The notes under the pieces are model-generated. The model did not search any database and was not told the DNA's origin. It saw only the letters and a program-made list of their open reading frames with translations. From an uncultured Bacteroidaceae bacterium (GTDB lineage: Bacteria > Bacteroidota > Bacteroidia > Bacteroidales > Bacteroidaceae): 64,000 nucleotides of DNA. The stretch covers positions 4,434 through 68,433 of the forward strand of contig CAJOJD010000003.1 in the NCBI GenBank assembly GCA_905234745.1, written 5' to 3'. The translations under genes and the position numbers were made by a program. Shown one piece after another: positions 20,245 through 31,300 of this stretch (position 1 is its first letter; each line of letters opens with the position of its first letter).

Positions 20245-22338
20245 ATGAGAAAACTTAGATTTTTACTCCCTTGTTCTTTAATCGCTCTGGCATTAAGCAC
20301 CCTTACCCTATCAGGATGCTGGGAAGAGCAACACCCCGGTACATACTATACCTTTACCGGACAGACAGTAGCGGATGATCTGGCCCGCAGGCCGGAGTAC
20401 AGTGATTTTGTTCGCATACTCCAGAGATCAGGAATGTGGAACAACCTCCGCATCTACGGCTATAACACATGTTTTGCCCCCAACAACGATGCCATTGCAG
20501 ATTTCCTGAAGGAACGTGAGGCTTTTGCCAGAAAGATGGGATTGGACGTAACATATAACACCGTCGAAGACCTGCCTAAGGAAGACTGCGATACTCTGGC
20601 ATGGACACATCTGCTTGACATAACATGCTATCTGGGCGATTTGGATCCGGGACTGTTACCTAAAGTCAATCTGAATGACCGTTTCCTCATACTCACATTG
20701 GACTCAACCCATGTAGAGCAGCTGGGAGACTCAGTCGTAGCTTTGCAAAGACGTTTGAACAATGCAATAGTCGAGTTGCAGGATGACTCCTGCGAGAACG
20801 GTGTGGTTCATTTCATAGACCGCTGCATTGACTTTGGCGGAGACTATGTATACGACCTTGTGGACAAAGATCCCAACACTGTATTGTTCAGTGAGGCTCT
20901 CAAACTCTGCGGATTCCACAGCATCCTGAGCGAATGGTATGACATGACCTATAAGATCGGTGAGGATTCAGTGACCAAGGGTATCAAGCTGACCCAGGCC
21001 GGTAACCCCTGGAACGTTCACTATTGGGACAAGAGAAAGACAAACTTCACGTTGCTTGTTCCCACCGATGCAACATTCAGCAAGAACGGTATCAACAATG
21101 TCATTCCGGACATGTTCGACAAGGCGAACAAAGTCTACAATCCGGACAATCTCCTGCCGGACTCTATCCTGAATGATTACACCAATCCTCAGAACCCGCT
21201 GTTCAAGTTCCTGTCATATCACATTCTGCCTTTCCTGGTTGACCTGTCAAGAATCAACGGACGTAAGGATGTCATGAAAGACCACAGTCTCTTTACATTC
21301 GGCGAAAAGCAGGACAAGAAATACAGCCCGGAGGATTACTTTGAAACTTATCTTCCCAGAAGTCTCATGAGAATTACGACCCTCATCAATGAGAATCTGG
21401 AGATGGATATGGGTAAGGTTTTCATAAACAACCGTGGCGATGAAGGCAATGGAACCGTAGGATTCAGTGGTCCCAAATACAGAGGAGTCAAGATTCTGAC
21501 TCAGGAGGAAATGGGTGTAGATAAGTACAGCGCATTGAATGGCGTCTACCACTATGTAGATAACATCCTCTTATATGACGAAACCGTTCGTGAAGACATT
21601 CTGGACCGTCGTCTGAGAATTGACTGCGCTACCATATCACCTGACTTCATCACATCTGGTGCACGTCAGTTTGACAATTCCCCCACAGGAGACGGCGACT
21701 ACAGCTGGGGATTCAAGAACCCCAAGAACTTTGCTTCCTATCATCAGGATTACGTACTTCAGGTACGTCCCACCAAGAAAGGCAGCAGTTACGCTTACGA
21801 GGGAGACGGTGTCGATATTCAGGGTCAGTTTGATATGTATGTCAAACTTCCTCCCGTACCACATGACGGAACATGGCAGTTAAGACTCTCCTTCCGTTCA
21901 AACAGCCACTGCGGTATCATTCAGAACTATCTGGCTTCAATACCTGTAGGAAAGGAAGTTGAGCGTACTGACTGGAAACCGCTGGGTATACCTATTGACC
22001 TTCGCATTGAGCCTACTGACGCCACTGTAGGTTGGAAGGATGATGACAGCGATGAACTGGCTGGTGACGAATCACTCATCAACGCCCTTGACAAGTCAAT
22101 GAAGAACAAGGGCTGGATGAAGGGATCCGGAGTACAGACCATTACCGGTGGTTCAAAAACACATCGCCAGCAGAATACAATGGCTCGTATAATCCTTATG
22201 ACTGATTATCTGCAGAGCAACATGGACCATTATCTCCGTATCAAGCAGATCATGGACGACAGAAATGCCGAGTTCCTGTTTGACTACATGGAGTGGGTAC
22301 CCAAGTCAGTCTATGACAACAACGAGGACAAGAACTGA
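20245..22338 (+). CDS. Fasciclin (FAS1) domain lipoprotein
   Basis: Lipoprotein signal (LTLSGC). FAS1 H1-like motifs TCFAPNNDAIADFL and FTLLVPTDATF are present, followed by a long C-terminal extension. Confidence 0.6.
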   Translation: MRKLRFLLPCSLIALALSTLTLSGCWEEQHPGTYYTFTGQTVADDLARRPEYSDFVRILQRSGMWNNLRIYGYNTCFAPNNDAIADFLKEREAFARKMGLDVTYNTVEDLPKEDCDTLAWTHLLDITCYLGDLDPGLLPKVNLNDRFLILTLDSTHVEQLGDSVVALQRRLNNAIVELQDDSCENGVVHFIDRCIDFGGDYVYDLVDKDPNTVLFSEALKLCGFHSILSEWYDMTYKIGEDSVTKGIKLTQAGNPWNVHYWDKRKTNFTLLVPTDATFSKNGINNVIPDMFDKANKVYNPDNLLPDSILNDYTNPQNPLFKFLSYHILPFLVDLSRINGRKDVMKDHSLFTFGEKQDKKYSPEDYFETYLPRSLMRITTLINENLEMDMGKVFINNRGDEGNGTVGFSGPKYRGVKILTQEEMGVDKYSALNGVYHYVDNILLYDETVREDILDRRLRIDCATISPDFITSGARQFDNSPTGDGDYSWGFKNPKNFASYHQDYVLQVRPTKKGSSYAYEGDGVDIQGQFDMYVKLPPVPHDGTWQLRLSFRSNSHCGIIQNYLASIPVGKEVERTDWKPLGIPIDLRIEPTDATVGWKDDDSDELAGDESLINALDKSMKNKGWMKGSGVQTITGGSKTHRQQNTMARIILMTDYLQSNMDHYLRIKQIMDDRNAEFLFDYMEWVPKSVYDNNEDKN

Positions 22339-22353
22339 TTGACAGATACTTGA

Positions 22354-22396
22354 AATATGGCTCCGTTGAAGATTTCTTCGGAGCCATATTTTTTTG
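22354..22396 (+). terminator. Rho-independent terminator
   Basis: A 12-bp perfect stem (AATATGGCTCCG/CGGAGCCATATT) with a 13-nt loop and a T-run. Confidence 0.7.
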
Positions 22397-22416
22397 TAAA
22401 AAAGTTGGCAATTAGT

Positions 22417-22447
22417 TTTGGAGTACAAACAAAAAGGACTACCTTTG
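22417..22447 (+). promoter_or_regulatory. Bacteroides-type promoter for tRNA-Lys
   Basis: TTTG at 22417-22420, a 19-nt spacer, and TACCTTTG at 22440-22447. The tRNA starts 26 nt downstream. Confidence 0.5.
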
Positions 22448-22472
22448 CATCGCTTTACGAGAAAGCGTTGTT

Positions 22473-22545
22473 GCGCGATTAGCTCAGTTGGTAGAGCAAT
22501 TGACTCTTAATCAATGGGTCCAGGGTTCGAATCCCTGATCGCGTA
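22473..22545 (+). tRNA. tRNA-Lys (anticodon CTT)
   Basis: I folded the cloverleaf by hand. It has a 7-bp acceptor stem (G1-U72 wobble), D arm GCTC/GAGC, anticodon stem ATTGA/TCAAT with loop CTCTTAA, T arm CAGGG-TTCGAAT-CCCTG and discriminator A. CCA is not encoded. Confidence 0.9.
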
Positions 22546-22578
22546 CAAAAATAGGAGACCAAACAGGGATTCGCGTTC

Positions 22579-23382
22579 CTATTCAAAAACATAGAGTTCG
22601 CTGGGGGTGGTGCGCTTCAGGGCGCAGAGCTGGACGTCTTTTCCGGGGATGATTCCTACTCCTCTTAGTTCGTATTCTACGGTTTTGTAGGCTATTTCGG
22701 GGTGGTTGTTCTCGCCACTCAGGTGGCAGAGCCAGATGTTCTTGAGTCCCGGGTGCATGTTCTCGGCCAGGAACTTTGCCGTGGTCTTGTTGCTCAGGTG
22801 TCCGCGGGGGCTTGTAATACGGTCCTTGAGGAACTGCGGATAGTTACCCATGCGCAGCATATCCTCATCATAGTTTGCCTCCATGATAAGATAGTTTGCC
22901 TGAAGTATATACTTGGATGCAGTCTCGGTAATATGTCCAAGGTCTGTCACAAAACAGAACACCTTGCCGTCTATCTCAACCCTGTAGCCGACGTTATCGG
23001 TCCCGTCATGAGGAACCTCAAACGGTGTAATCACAAAATCGTGAAACTGGAACGGCACCTCCTTCTCGACATAATGCACGCTGCTGCATAGTTTCTCGGT
23101 CATGCAGTAGTTGTTGTTTATGCCCTCGTGAGTCTCGCGTGTGGCGTAAACCGGGATTGCACACTTCTCGCCCAGATTACCGAGCGCCTTGATATGGTCA
23201 GCGTGATCATGGGTCACGAAAACTGCCATGATTTTCTCAAACGGGATACCTACATCCTTGAGGTAGCCCTTAATCTGTTTTACCGGGATGCCGGCATCAA
23301 TCAGGATTGCATGTTCGTCTGTGCCAAGATAGTAGCAGTTTCCGCTGCTTCCACTTGACAAACTCATAAAGTAGATCTTCAT
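22579..23382 (-). CDS. MBL-fold metallo-hydrolase
   Basis: 267 aa with the HDHADH metal-binding motif and YycJ-like overall length. Confidence 0.8.
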   Translation of the reverse strand: MKIYFMSLSSGSSGNCYYLGTDEHAILIDAGIPVKQIKGYLKDVGIPFEKIMAVFVTHDHADHIKALGNLGEKCAIPVYATRETHEGINNNYCMTEKLCSSVHYVEKEVPFQFHDFVITPFEVPHDGTDNVGYRVEIDGKVFCFVTDLGHITETASKYILQANYLIMEANYDEDMLRMGNYPQFLKDRITSPRGHLSNKTTAKFLAENMHPGLKNIWLCHLSGENNHPEIAYKTVEYELRGVGIIPGKDVQLCALKRTTPSELYVFE

Positions 23383-23436
23383 TTTTATGTTGTCTTTTTA
23401 CCTTCTTCATATCCATAATGTGTCTCTCTGATTGGT

Positions 23437-25731
23437 TTAGAACGGATAGCCCACAGCCAGATGGAACGCGAAGTCCCTGCTCATATCGGGATGAACGAGC
23501 GGGAGCCTGCGGTATGTGGTACTTCCCGCAGGATTATAAGCCTTCATGCCACCGTCAAGTCTCAGGACCAGGAATCCGAAATCAAATCTGAGTCCCAGTC
23601 CGTATGACACGGCTATCTGCTTGTAGAATGAATCAAATTCGAACAGACCACCGGGCTGCTCGGCATATTCACGTATGGTCCATATGTTACCGGCATCCAC
23701 GAATGCGGCACCATTGACCTTCCAGAACAGTTTGGAACGGTACTCCAGACTCGCTCCAAGTTTTATGTCACCGGACTGTTTGATATAGTCTATGGTCTTG
23801 TCATCACCCTGATATCTGCCCGGACCAAGTTCACGCACGGCCCAACCGCGGACGCTGTTGGCGCCTCCTGCAAAATAACGCTTTTCAAAGGGCAAGCTGG
23901 TAGAGTTGCCGTAAGGAATTGCTATACCCCACTCCAGATGTGCCACCAGGTTGTTCATCCTGTCCAGTCTCCAGTTGGCAGTGACTGAGAAATCATGCTT
24001 TGCATACTGGGCGAACGCGACTCCCATCACCATTCTCTGTCCGCTCTCGTTCTTTTTGAATCCCAGCGGTTCGGCAAGCAGATTGAACATGTTGCCCGAT
24101 GTCTCCGCACCTATACGGACCGTATACTGGAAAGGTTCAACCGAGTTGATTCTGGCATTCGAATAATAGAATGTGTATCCGAACTTTGTAATAAGCAGAT
24201 CCTCATAGTTGTACTTAAGGATAGATCTGGCCGATGTAACCTGATCCAGATACTCTTCCCTGAAGTGGTCCGATATCCATGGCACCACAAGATAGTTCAC
24301 ATCGACCACATCCAACTGGTGTGTTCTCTGCCAGGTTTCTCCCCACTTGTAACTCCAACCTGCAGAAAATATGGTTTTCTGGAACTCGGGACGAAGCTGG
24401 GTATTGATCTTGGCGCTCAAACGAGATGTAGCCTGACTGCGGCGCTGAAGCTCCTGCGACATGAACGGCATCAGGAACTCAGGAAAATCCAGGTTAGCCT
24501 CAAATCCGTATTCCAGATAGGTATCACCTGTATAACCTGGCAGGTTGGATATGGATTCATAAGCGCCACGGACTTTCAGTGTCAGCTGTTCGGAACCGCG
24601 GAACAGGTTCCTGTCCGTAAATGACACCGATGCTGCGGCACCCAGGTCACCGGCTGTATTCGTACCCTCCACCTCGACCGCAAACGAGTGTTTGGGTAGG
24701 CTCATCAGCAGTACGTTGGCACTCAGTTCATTATCCTTACCCGGAATCCGCTCGACACTGATATTGGAGTATCTTAGCATTCCAAGTCTTGACAACGATG
24801 TATAGGTCTTGGAGATAGAATCAGAATTATAGATCATTCCCTCTCTGAGGAATGTATGGATATCTATGATTTTGGGTCTGAGCAACGGTTTCTTATCCAT
24901 TCCGGGATATGTCAGACGTATACCCTTGTAACTGTCAATAGTTGTGGAATTAGGAGAGCTCGGCAGGTTGCCGTTCTTATCGGACAGGATATAGTCAATT
25001 GATGAGATCGTGAACTGCTTGTGCGGATGTACCGTACCGTCATCGTCCGTACTCTCAGCTGCTACTATCATTCTCAGTCCCACCTTGTCGCTGCCCTTTG
25101 CCGTATCGGCCACGAATGACACATAATCCCTGTTGAAACTGTAATAGCCGTACTTGTGTACCAGATCCACTATCCTGATTCTCTCGTCATTGAGGATATC
25201 GGCATCAAGGTTAATGCCCGGAACAAGCAGGCTCTCGTCTATATGGTCATCTATTATCTTCCTGATGGCCTCATCCTGCACGGTTATCCTGACACTGTCA
25301 ACCACGAACATTTTTCCGGGCTCCAGCTTATACCTGACGGTTGTTTTGGGCCGACGCTTGTTTATGGACGAATATGATACCTCGGCGTTCAGGTAACCGG
25401 CGTTCATAAGAGCCCTTTTGATGTCGGTACGGGTAGCCTCCGACAGAAGCGGGTCATAAATAACAGGTGCCTCACCTGACTTGGTGCGTGTAAAAGAATA
25501 GAATCTCAGAGGAAAACGGAACAGTCCGAACCAACGTGAGTTTGGAGTCTGGTATGACAGATTCCTGTACTTGGAGACATCGGCCACTCCCTTGGCATCG
25601 GTCGTAACCTCAATCTTGTTGAGCAGATATTGATCCTCGGGTACGTACTTGTAGATAGAGCAGGATGCCAGCCACAAAACCGCGATCAGCGCCATTGCCA
25701 TATGTACAACCTTTCTGCTCATAGTTCTCAC
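23437..25731 (-). CDS. BamA/TamA-family outer-membrane protein
   Basis: 764 aa with a signal peptide, POTRA-like N-terminal repeats, a C-terminal beta-barrel containing RYFAGGANSVRGW, and a terminal Phe. Confidence 0.75.
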   Translation of the reverse strand: MRTMSRKVVHMAMALIAVLWLASCSIYKYVPEDQYLLNKIEVTTDAKGVADVSKYRNLSYQTPNSRWFGLFRFPLRFYSFTRTKSGEAPVIYDPLLSEATRTDIKRALMNAGYLNAEVSYSSINKRRPKTTVRYKLEPGKMFVVDSVRITVQDEAIRKIIDDHIDESLLVPGINLDADILNDERIRIVDLVHKYGYYSFNRDYVSFVADTAKGSDKVGLRMIVAAESTDDDGTVHPHKQFTISSIDYILSDKNGNLPSSPNSTTIDSYKGIRLTYPGMDKKPLLRPKIIDIHTFLREGMIYNSDSISKTYTSLSRLGMLRYSNISVERIPGKDNELSANVLLMSLPKHSFAVEVEGTNTAGDLGAAASVSFTDRNLFRGSEQLTLKVRGAYESISNLPGYTGDTYLEYGFEANLDFPEFLMPFMSQELQRRSQATSRLSAKINTQLRPEFQKTIFSAGWSYKWGETWQRTHQLDVVDVNYLVVPWISDHFREEYLDQVTSARSILKYNYEDLLITKFGYTFYYSNARINSVEPFQYTVRIGAETSGNMFNLLAEPLGFKKNESGQRMVMGVAFAQYAKHDFSVTANWRLDRMNNLVAHLEWGIAIPYGNSTSLPFEKRYFAGGANSVRGWAVRELGPGRYQGDDKTIDYIKQSGDIKLGASLEYRSKLFWKVNGAAFVDAGNIWTIREYAEQPGGLFEFDSFYKQIAVSYGLGLRFDFGFLVLRLDGGMKAYNPAGSTTYRRLPLVHPDMSRDFAFHLAVGYPF

Positions 25732-25744
25732 TGTCTCAATCTAG

Positions 25745-25752
25745 CAAAGATA
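25745..25752 (-). promoter_or_regulatory. Candidate -7 box (TATCTTTG on minus strand)
   Basis: Plus-strand CAAAGATA lies 13 nt upstream of the ATG at 25731. Confidence 0.3.
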
Positions 25753-25790
25753 CAAAAAATTACTATCTTTACGGCAATCAAAATGGCCCT

Positions 25791-26549
25791 ATGCTCAGCA
25801 AGAATGATATAAAAAACATCAAAAGTCTGGAACTTAAGAAGTTCCGTGATGAAAAGAGGCTTTTTGTAGCCGAAGGACATAAACTTGTAGGCGAACTGCT
25901 GGGTGTATTCAGGTGCATTCTTCTGGTTGCAACCGACGAATGGCTGGGCGGTCGCAGCAGAATACCCGCAGAACGTATCGAGGCTGTCACACCCGATGAA
26001 CTGAAACGTGCGAGCCTGCTCCGCGCGCCCCAGGATGTGCTGGCGGTATTCGCCATTCCCGATGACAACGCCACGCTGACACAGACTTCTTCAAATAATC
26101 TGGTGCTGGCTCTGGACGATGTCCAGGACCCGGGCAACCTTGGCACGATTGTAAGGATTGCTGACTGGTTCGGAATCAAGGACATTTTCTGCTCCAAGGC
26201 TACTGCCGATATCTACAACCCCAAGTCCGTTCAAGCCACGATGGGCGCAATATCAAGAGTAAGAGTTCATTATACCGACCTTGCAAAAGACCTTTCCGCC
26301 CTGCCCGGGCAGACTCCCGTATACGGGACATACCTGAACGGCGATACAATCTACGATACTCAACTTTCGTCCCATGGAGTGATAGTAATGGGCAATGAGG
26401 GTAACGGTATAGGAGCTGAAGTCGGAAAAAACGTCAACCGCAGACTGTTCATACCCAACTGGCCTGCCGGAGCGGCCACATCAGAGTCGCTCAACGTAGC
26501 AATAGCCACGGCTATTGTCTGCTCAGAGTTCCGGAGAAGGCAGTCCTGA
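25791..26549 (+). CDS. TrmH/SpoU-family RNA 2'-O-methyltransferase
   Basis: Motifs DPGNLGTIVRIADWFG, MGNEGNGI and ESLNVAIATAI are present. Confidence 0.85.
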   Translation: MLSKNDIKNIKSLELKKFRDEKRLFVAEGHKLVGELLGVFRCILLVATDEWLGGRSRIPAERIEAVTPDELKRASLLRAPQDVLAVFAIPDDNATLTQTSSNNLVLALDDVQDPGNLGTIVRIADWFGIKDIFCSKATADIYNPKSVQATMGAISRVRVHYTDLAKDLSALPGQTPVYGTYLNGDTIYDTQLSSHGVIVMGNEGNGIGAEVGKNVNRRLFIPNWPAGAATSESLNVAIATAIVCSEFRRRQS

Positions 26550-27332
26550 TACGGAGCTGACTGTATCTTTCACCTCTTTTCTGTGATAACGCATAAGTTC
26601 CATGTCCGTCAGAACGAGCATGCTGTTACGGTTATCGGTCGAATCCAGATAGTTTATTGAACCGCTTATGCCTGTGATATCCTTTTTGGAATCCAGGATA
26701 AGTGACAGTGCGACTTTACCGTTGTTTCGCAACAGGGTATCGGCCGATGACACACTGTCGGTGTAGTAAACGGAGAGCGACATATACGCATATGCCGGAA
26801 CGCCCGAATCGGTCGATACGAATGTCCCTGAAAGGTTCAGGCTTACCGTATCGCCCTTGTGGAATGTGGTATCGCGATTGATCTTGTACGTCAGTTTGTT
26901 CATGTAAACCGATGTATTGAGCAATGCGGTTGGATCAAGATACCACATGTTCACGCTGTCGCCTGACTGTATGGAGAATGACTTCTTCTCAATCTGTGAA
27001 AGTGAGCGGCTGGCAGCCTTGAATTCATCATCTATCCTGTTGGACAGACGTTTGTATATCTTGGCCAGTTCCTTGGGATAGCGTGTATACCAGACAAGTG
27101 AGCGGTTGAACTGCTCCGGAGTTATTCCGTTCTTGCTGTATGCCCAGTCAATATATGCCTTGGTCGTATACCTGTCTTCTCTGGGCAGTTCCTGGCCGAT
27201 GGCCTGTGCCAGATGATAATCATACAGGAACTGCTCCATCTTACGTGGCGCGAGCACATCATCGGGACGGTTCAGACGGCAGCCCGATAACAATAACAGC
27301 AGGGCTATTGCCAATAAGTCAGACCTCCTCAT
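26523..27332 (-). CDS. DUF4296-like lipoprotein with C-terminal extension
   Basis: Lipoprotein signal LLLLLSGC. The N-terminal segment MEQFLYDYHLAQAI is typical of the DUF4296 genes that follow lspA in Bacteroidota. Confidence 0.55.
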   Translation of the reverse strand: MRRSDLLAIALLLLLSGCRLNRPDDVLAPRKMEQFLYDYHLAQAIGQELPREDRYTTKAYIDWAYSKNGITPEQFNRSLVWYTRYPKELAKIYKRLSNRIDDEFKAASRSLSQIEKKSFSIQSGDSVNMWYLDPTALLNTSVYMNKLTYKINRDTTFHKGDTVSLNLSGTFVSTDSGVPAYAYMSLSVYYTDSVSSADTLLRNNGKVALSLILDSKKDITGISGSINYLDSTDNRNSMLVLTDMELMRYHRKEVKDTVSSVSGLPSPEL

Positions 27333-27966
27333 CGGTATTTCTGTAGTGAAGTCCCATATTCACCACCTTGGTGTAGAAGAGCAGAAGCGCTATCACGCCG
27401 CATGTGATACAGGAGTCGGCGAAATTGAATACAGGCTCAAAGAAAACGTCGCCACCTACCAGAGGCATCCATTCCGGCCAGGTCCACAGCGGGAAGTAGA
27501 ACATATCCACCACCTTGCCGTACAGGAACGGCGCATAACCGTCGCCTATGGATGTCATCGCAGCCTGGGTGAACGGCGTGCTCTCGGTAAATATCAGTCC
27601 GTAGAACATGCAGTCAAGCAGGTTTCCTATGGCACCTGCAATCACGAATGACACGGTTACCACATAGCCTGTGGGGAATCCCTTGTCAAGTATCTTAATT
27701 AGGTACCAGGTAAAGAATCCGATAGCCCCGATACGGAACAGGGACAGGAACAGCTTGCCTATGATTTCCATTCCGAACGCCATACCGTTGTTCTCGACAA
27801 ACAGTATCTGGAACCATGGGGTGACCTCTATGCTCTGGCCAATCTGCATGTGAGTCTTGACCGCGATCTTGATGATCTGGTCAATTATCAGCACTGAAAG
27901 TATGATAATCAGTGCCAATCTGTGCTGACGGGCACACTTAGGACTGTCCGGAACGTTGTTTTCCAT
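27319..27966 (-). CDS. lspA: Lipoprotein signal peptidase II
   Basis: 215 aa with four TM segments. The NNGMAFG and FNFADSCI motifs carry the catalytic Asp residues. Confidence 0.9.
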   Translation of the reverse strand: MENNVPDSPKCARQHRLALIIILSVLIIDQIIKIAVKTHMQIGQSIEVTPWFQILFVENNGMAFGMEIIGKLFLSLFRIGAIGFFTWYLIKILDKGFPTGYVVTVSFVIAGAIGNLLDCMFYGLIFTESTPFTQAAMTSIGDGYAPFLYGKVVDMFYFPLWTWPEWMPLVGGDVFFEPVFNFADSCITCGVIALLLFYTKVVNMGLHYRNTDEEV

Positions 27967-27974
27967 CTAAAGGA

Positions 27975-28352
27975 TCAATGCTTGTTCTGCTTTGCCTCAA
28001 TGCAAAGGGTTGCGTGAGGTACGGCGCGCAGACGCTCCTTGGGTATCAGCTTGCCGGTCTCGCGGCAAATACCGTAGGTCTTGTTCTCAATACGTACCAG
28101 AGCAGCTTGCAATGACTGGATGAATTTCATCTGACGCTGGGCAAGACGTGTGGTCTCTTCCTTTGAAAGGGTGTTGGCTCCCTCCTCAAGCACCTTATAT
28201 GTAGGCGATGTGTCGTCGGTGCTGTTGTTGTCAGCATTCATGAGAGAGGCCTTGAGTGCATCATAGTCCCTCTGTGCAATCTCAAGTTTTTCATTGATGA
28301 TCTGACGGAACTCCTCAAGTTCCTCATCTGAATAACGGTTCTTCTCTGCCAT
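27975..28352 (-). CDS. DksA/TraR-family C4 zinc-finger protein
   Basis: 125 aa with a coiled-coil N-terminus and a C-terminal C-x2-...-C finger region (CRETGKLIPKERLRAVPHATLC). Confidence 0.8.
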   Translation of the reverse strand: MAEKNRYSDEELEEFRQIINEKLEIAQRDYDALKASLMNADNNSTDDTSPTYKVLEEGANTLSKEETTRLAQRQMKFIQSLQAALVRIENKTYGICRETGKLIPKERLRAVPHATLCIEAKQNKH

Positions 28353-28383
28353 AATGGTAAAGTTATAGGTTAAGGTTTATTGA

Positions 28384-31300
28384 TTAAATTTTCTCTATCT
28401 GAAGTTTGAATGTGTAATCATCGAACGATATGTCCTCGCCCTGCTCCATTCCTGCCACGAGTTCTATCGAATCGGCCAGAACCTGGCTCTTGATCCAATC
28501 CTCATACTCGCGGACGGCGGCATCGGTCTCTGCATTCGAATTCAGGCGCACGCGGATGCGGTCGGTTATCTCCAGACCGTTCTGCTTACGTGAATCCTGA
28601 ATACGTTTCTTAAGCTCACGGGCTATGCCCTCGCGCTTGAGTTCATCGGTAAGCTGGATATCAAGGGCAACGGTGAGCGTACCCTCATTGGCAACTACCC
28701 AGCCCGGTATATCCTCACTGTAGATCTCAACCTCGGTGGTATCGACGGTGGCGGGAGTGCCGTTTATATCAAAGGTAAAGCTGCCATCCTGCTCAAGTTT
28801 TGCCACATCCTCCTGACTCATGTTCTGGACGGCTGCGGCTACACCCTTCATGAGCGGGCCGAATTTCTTGCCCAGGATCTTGAAGTTGCACTTGACCTTC
28901 TTGACCAGAACGCTTGTGGCGCCCTCTACGAACTCAATCTCCTTGACATTGACCTGGTCACGGATAAGTTCCTTAACAGGCTCCAGATGTGAGCGGAGTT
29001 CTGCTGTTACGGGGATGAGTATCTTCTGCAAAGGCTTGCGCACGTTGATCTTCACGTCATCACGCTTACGCAGTGCAAGTACCATGGAGGTAAGTTTCTG
29101 GGCAAGCTCCATACGGGTTTCAAGTTCCTTGTCAACCAGAGAATCATCGCATACCGGATAGAGTGCCAGATGCACTGACTTGGCAGCCTTGGGATCAGCC
29201 ACAGCCGTAAGGTCACGGTACAGACGGTCTGCATAGAACGGAGCTACGGGAGACATCAGTCTTGATACGGTCTCAAGGCAAGTATAGAGAGTCTGATAAG
29301 CGGCAAGCTTATCCTGGCTCATGCTGCTTCCCCAGTAACGGTCACGGGTCAGGTGAACGTACCAGTTGGACAGATAGTCATTTACAAAGCTTGTGATAAG
29401 ACGTCCGGCACGGGTAGGCTCATAGTCGTCAAGACTCTCACGAACCTCCTTGGTAAGAGTGTTGAGTTCACTCAGTATCCAGCGGTCCATAACAGGACGT
29501 TCACTGGCGGCAATCTGTGCGGCAGAGTTGTCAAAGCCGTCCACATTGGCGTACTGTGCAAAGAACTTGTATGTATTGTGCAGGGTGCCGAAGAACTTGC
29601 GGGTAACATCCTTCACACCCTCCTCGTCAAACTTGAGGTTATCCCAAGGCTGGGCGTTAGTTATCATGTACCAGCGCAGGGCATCACTGCCAAACTGCTC
29701 AATCTCCTGGAACGGATCGACGGCATTGCCCAGACGCTTGGACATCTTGTTGCCGTTCTTGTCAAGAACCAGACCATTTGATATTACGGTCTTGAATGAT
29801 ACGCTGTTCTTTACCATCGTGGCGATTGCGTGTAGCGTATAGAACCAACCGCGTGTCTGGTCCACACCCTCGGCAATGAAATCGGCCGGGAATACGGTGC
29901 CGTTGTCAATGAGCTCCTTGTTCTCAAACGGATAGTGCATCTGTGCAAACGGCATGGCACCACTGTCAAACCAGACGTCTATCAGGTCAAGTTCACGTTT
30001 CATTATGCGGCCTGCGTCCGATACCAGCACGATGTCATCAACATACGGACGGTGCAGGTCAATCCTATCATAGTTTTCGGCAGTATAAACACCGGGCTGG
30101 AAGCCTTTATCCTTAAACGGATTGGACTTCATGACGCCGGCCTTGACAGCCTTCTCAATTTCATTATAAAGTTCCTCTACGGAGCCGATGCACAGCTCGT
30201 CGCCCTCATCGTTGCGCCAAATAGGCAGCGGGGTACCCCAGTAGCGGCTGCGGCTCAGGTTCCAGTCGTTCAGGTTCTCAAGCCACTTGCCGAATCTGCC
30301 TGTTCCGGTTGATTCAGGTTTCCACTTGATGGTATCGTTAAGCTCCATCATGCGCTCGCGTGCAGCCGAAGCCTTGATGAACCAGCTGTCCAGAGGATAG
30401 TAGATGACAGGCTTGTCGGTACGCCAGCAGTGCGGATAGTTGTGTACGTGTTTCTCTATCTTGAAAGCAGTACCTGCCTGCTTCATGCGGATGCAGATGT
30501 ATACGTTCAGGTCCTCCTCCTTGGAAGCGGCAGCCTCGTCGTACTTGCCGCCCACGTTGAACTTGGGATCATAGGCGTTCTTTACGTATGCGCCCTGATA
30601 CTCGGTGTAGAGATCCTTGTCGATGCAGTTCTTTACAAAGTCGGGATCCAGCTCATCCATGAGCCAGTACTTACCTGTAAAGTCAACCATAGGACGGGTC
30701 TCCATCTTGCGGTTGACCATAAAGAGTGACGGGATTCCGGCGGCCTTGGCCACGAATGCGTCATCGGCACCGAATGTGGGTGCTATATGTACTATGCCGG
30801 TACCGTCCTCGGTGGTAACGTAATCACCCGGGATTACGCGGAAACCGGCATCGGATATCTGAATTGAACCGTCATCGGCCTTGAATACGGGCTTTACCCA
30901 CGGGAAGAGCTGCCTGTAGTGCATGCCCACCAGGTCCGATCCCTTGTACTCGGCTACAATCTGATAAGGTACTACCTTGTCACCCTGAGTGTAAGCGTTA
31001 AGGTCAAGTTCAGCGCCCTTGGGATCAAGGTAGGCGCTGAGACGCTCCTTGGCCATCACGATGGTGACAGGTGCACCGGTATAGGGATTGTATGTGCGGA
31101 CTGCAACGTAGTCAATCTTGTTGCCTACGCAAAGTGCTGTATTTGAAGGCAGAGTCCACGGAGTTGTGGTCCATGCTACGAAGCAGGGAGTTCCCCACCC
31201 CGTCATCTCGGGTTTGGGATCGGTCATCTCAAACTGGGCGGTAACGGTGGTATCCTTGACGTCGCGGTAGCAACCGGGCTGGTTCAACTCGTGACTGGAA

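Noticed and set aside
22339-22578. tRNA-Lys as a possible integration hotspot for a mobile element
   Set aside because: There is no integrase, no duplicated tRNA 3' end (att-like direct repeat) and no foreign-looking genes on either side. The flanking genes are ordinary chromosomal genes.
26523-26549. 27-nt 3'-end overlap of convergent trmH-like and DUF4296-like genes
   Set aside because: The overlap is real in the sequence, but convergent overlaps of this size are common in compact genomes. I saw no hairpin or other structure that would suggest regulation.
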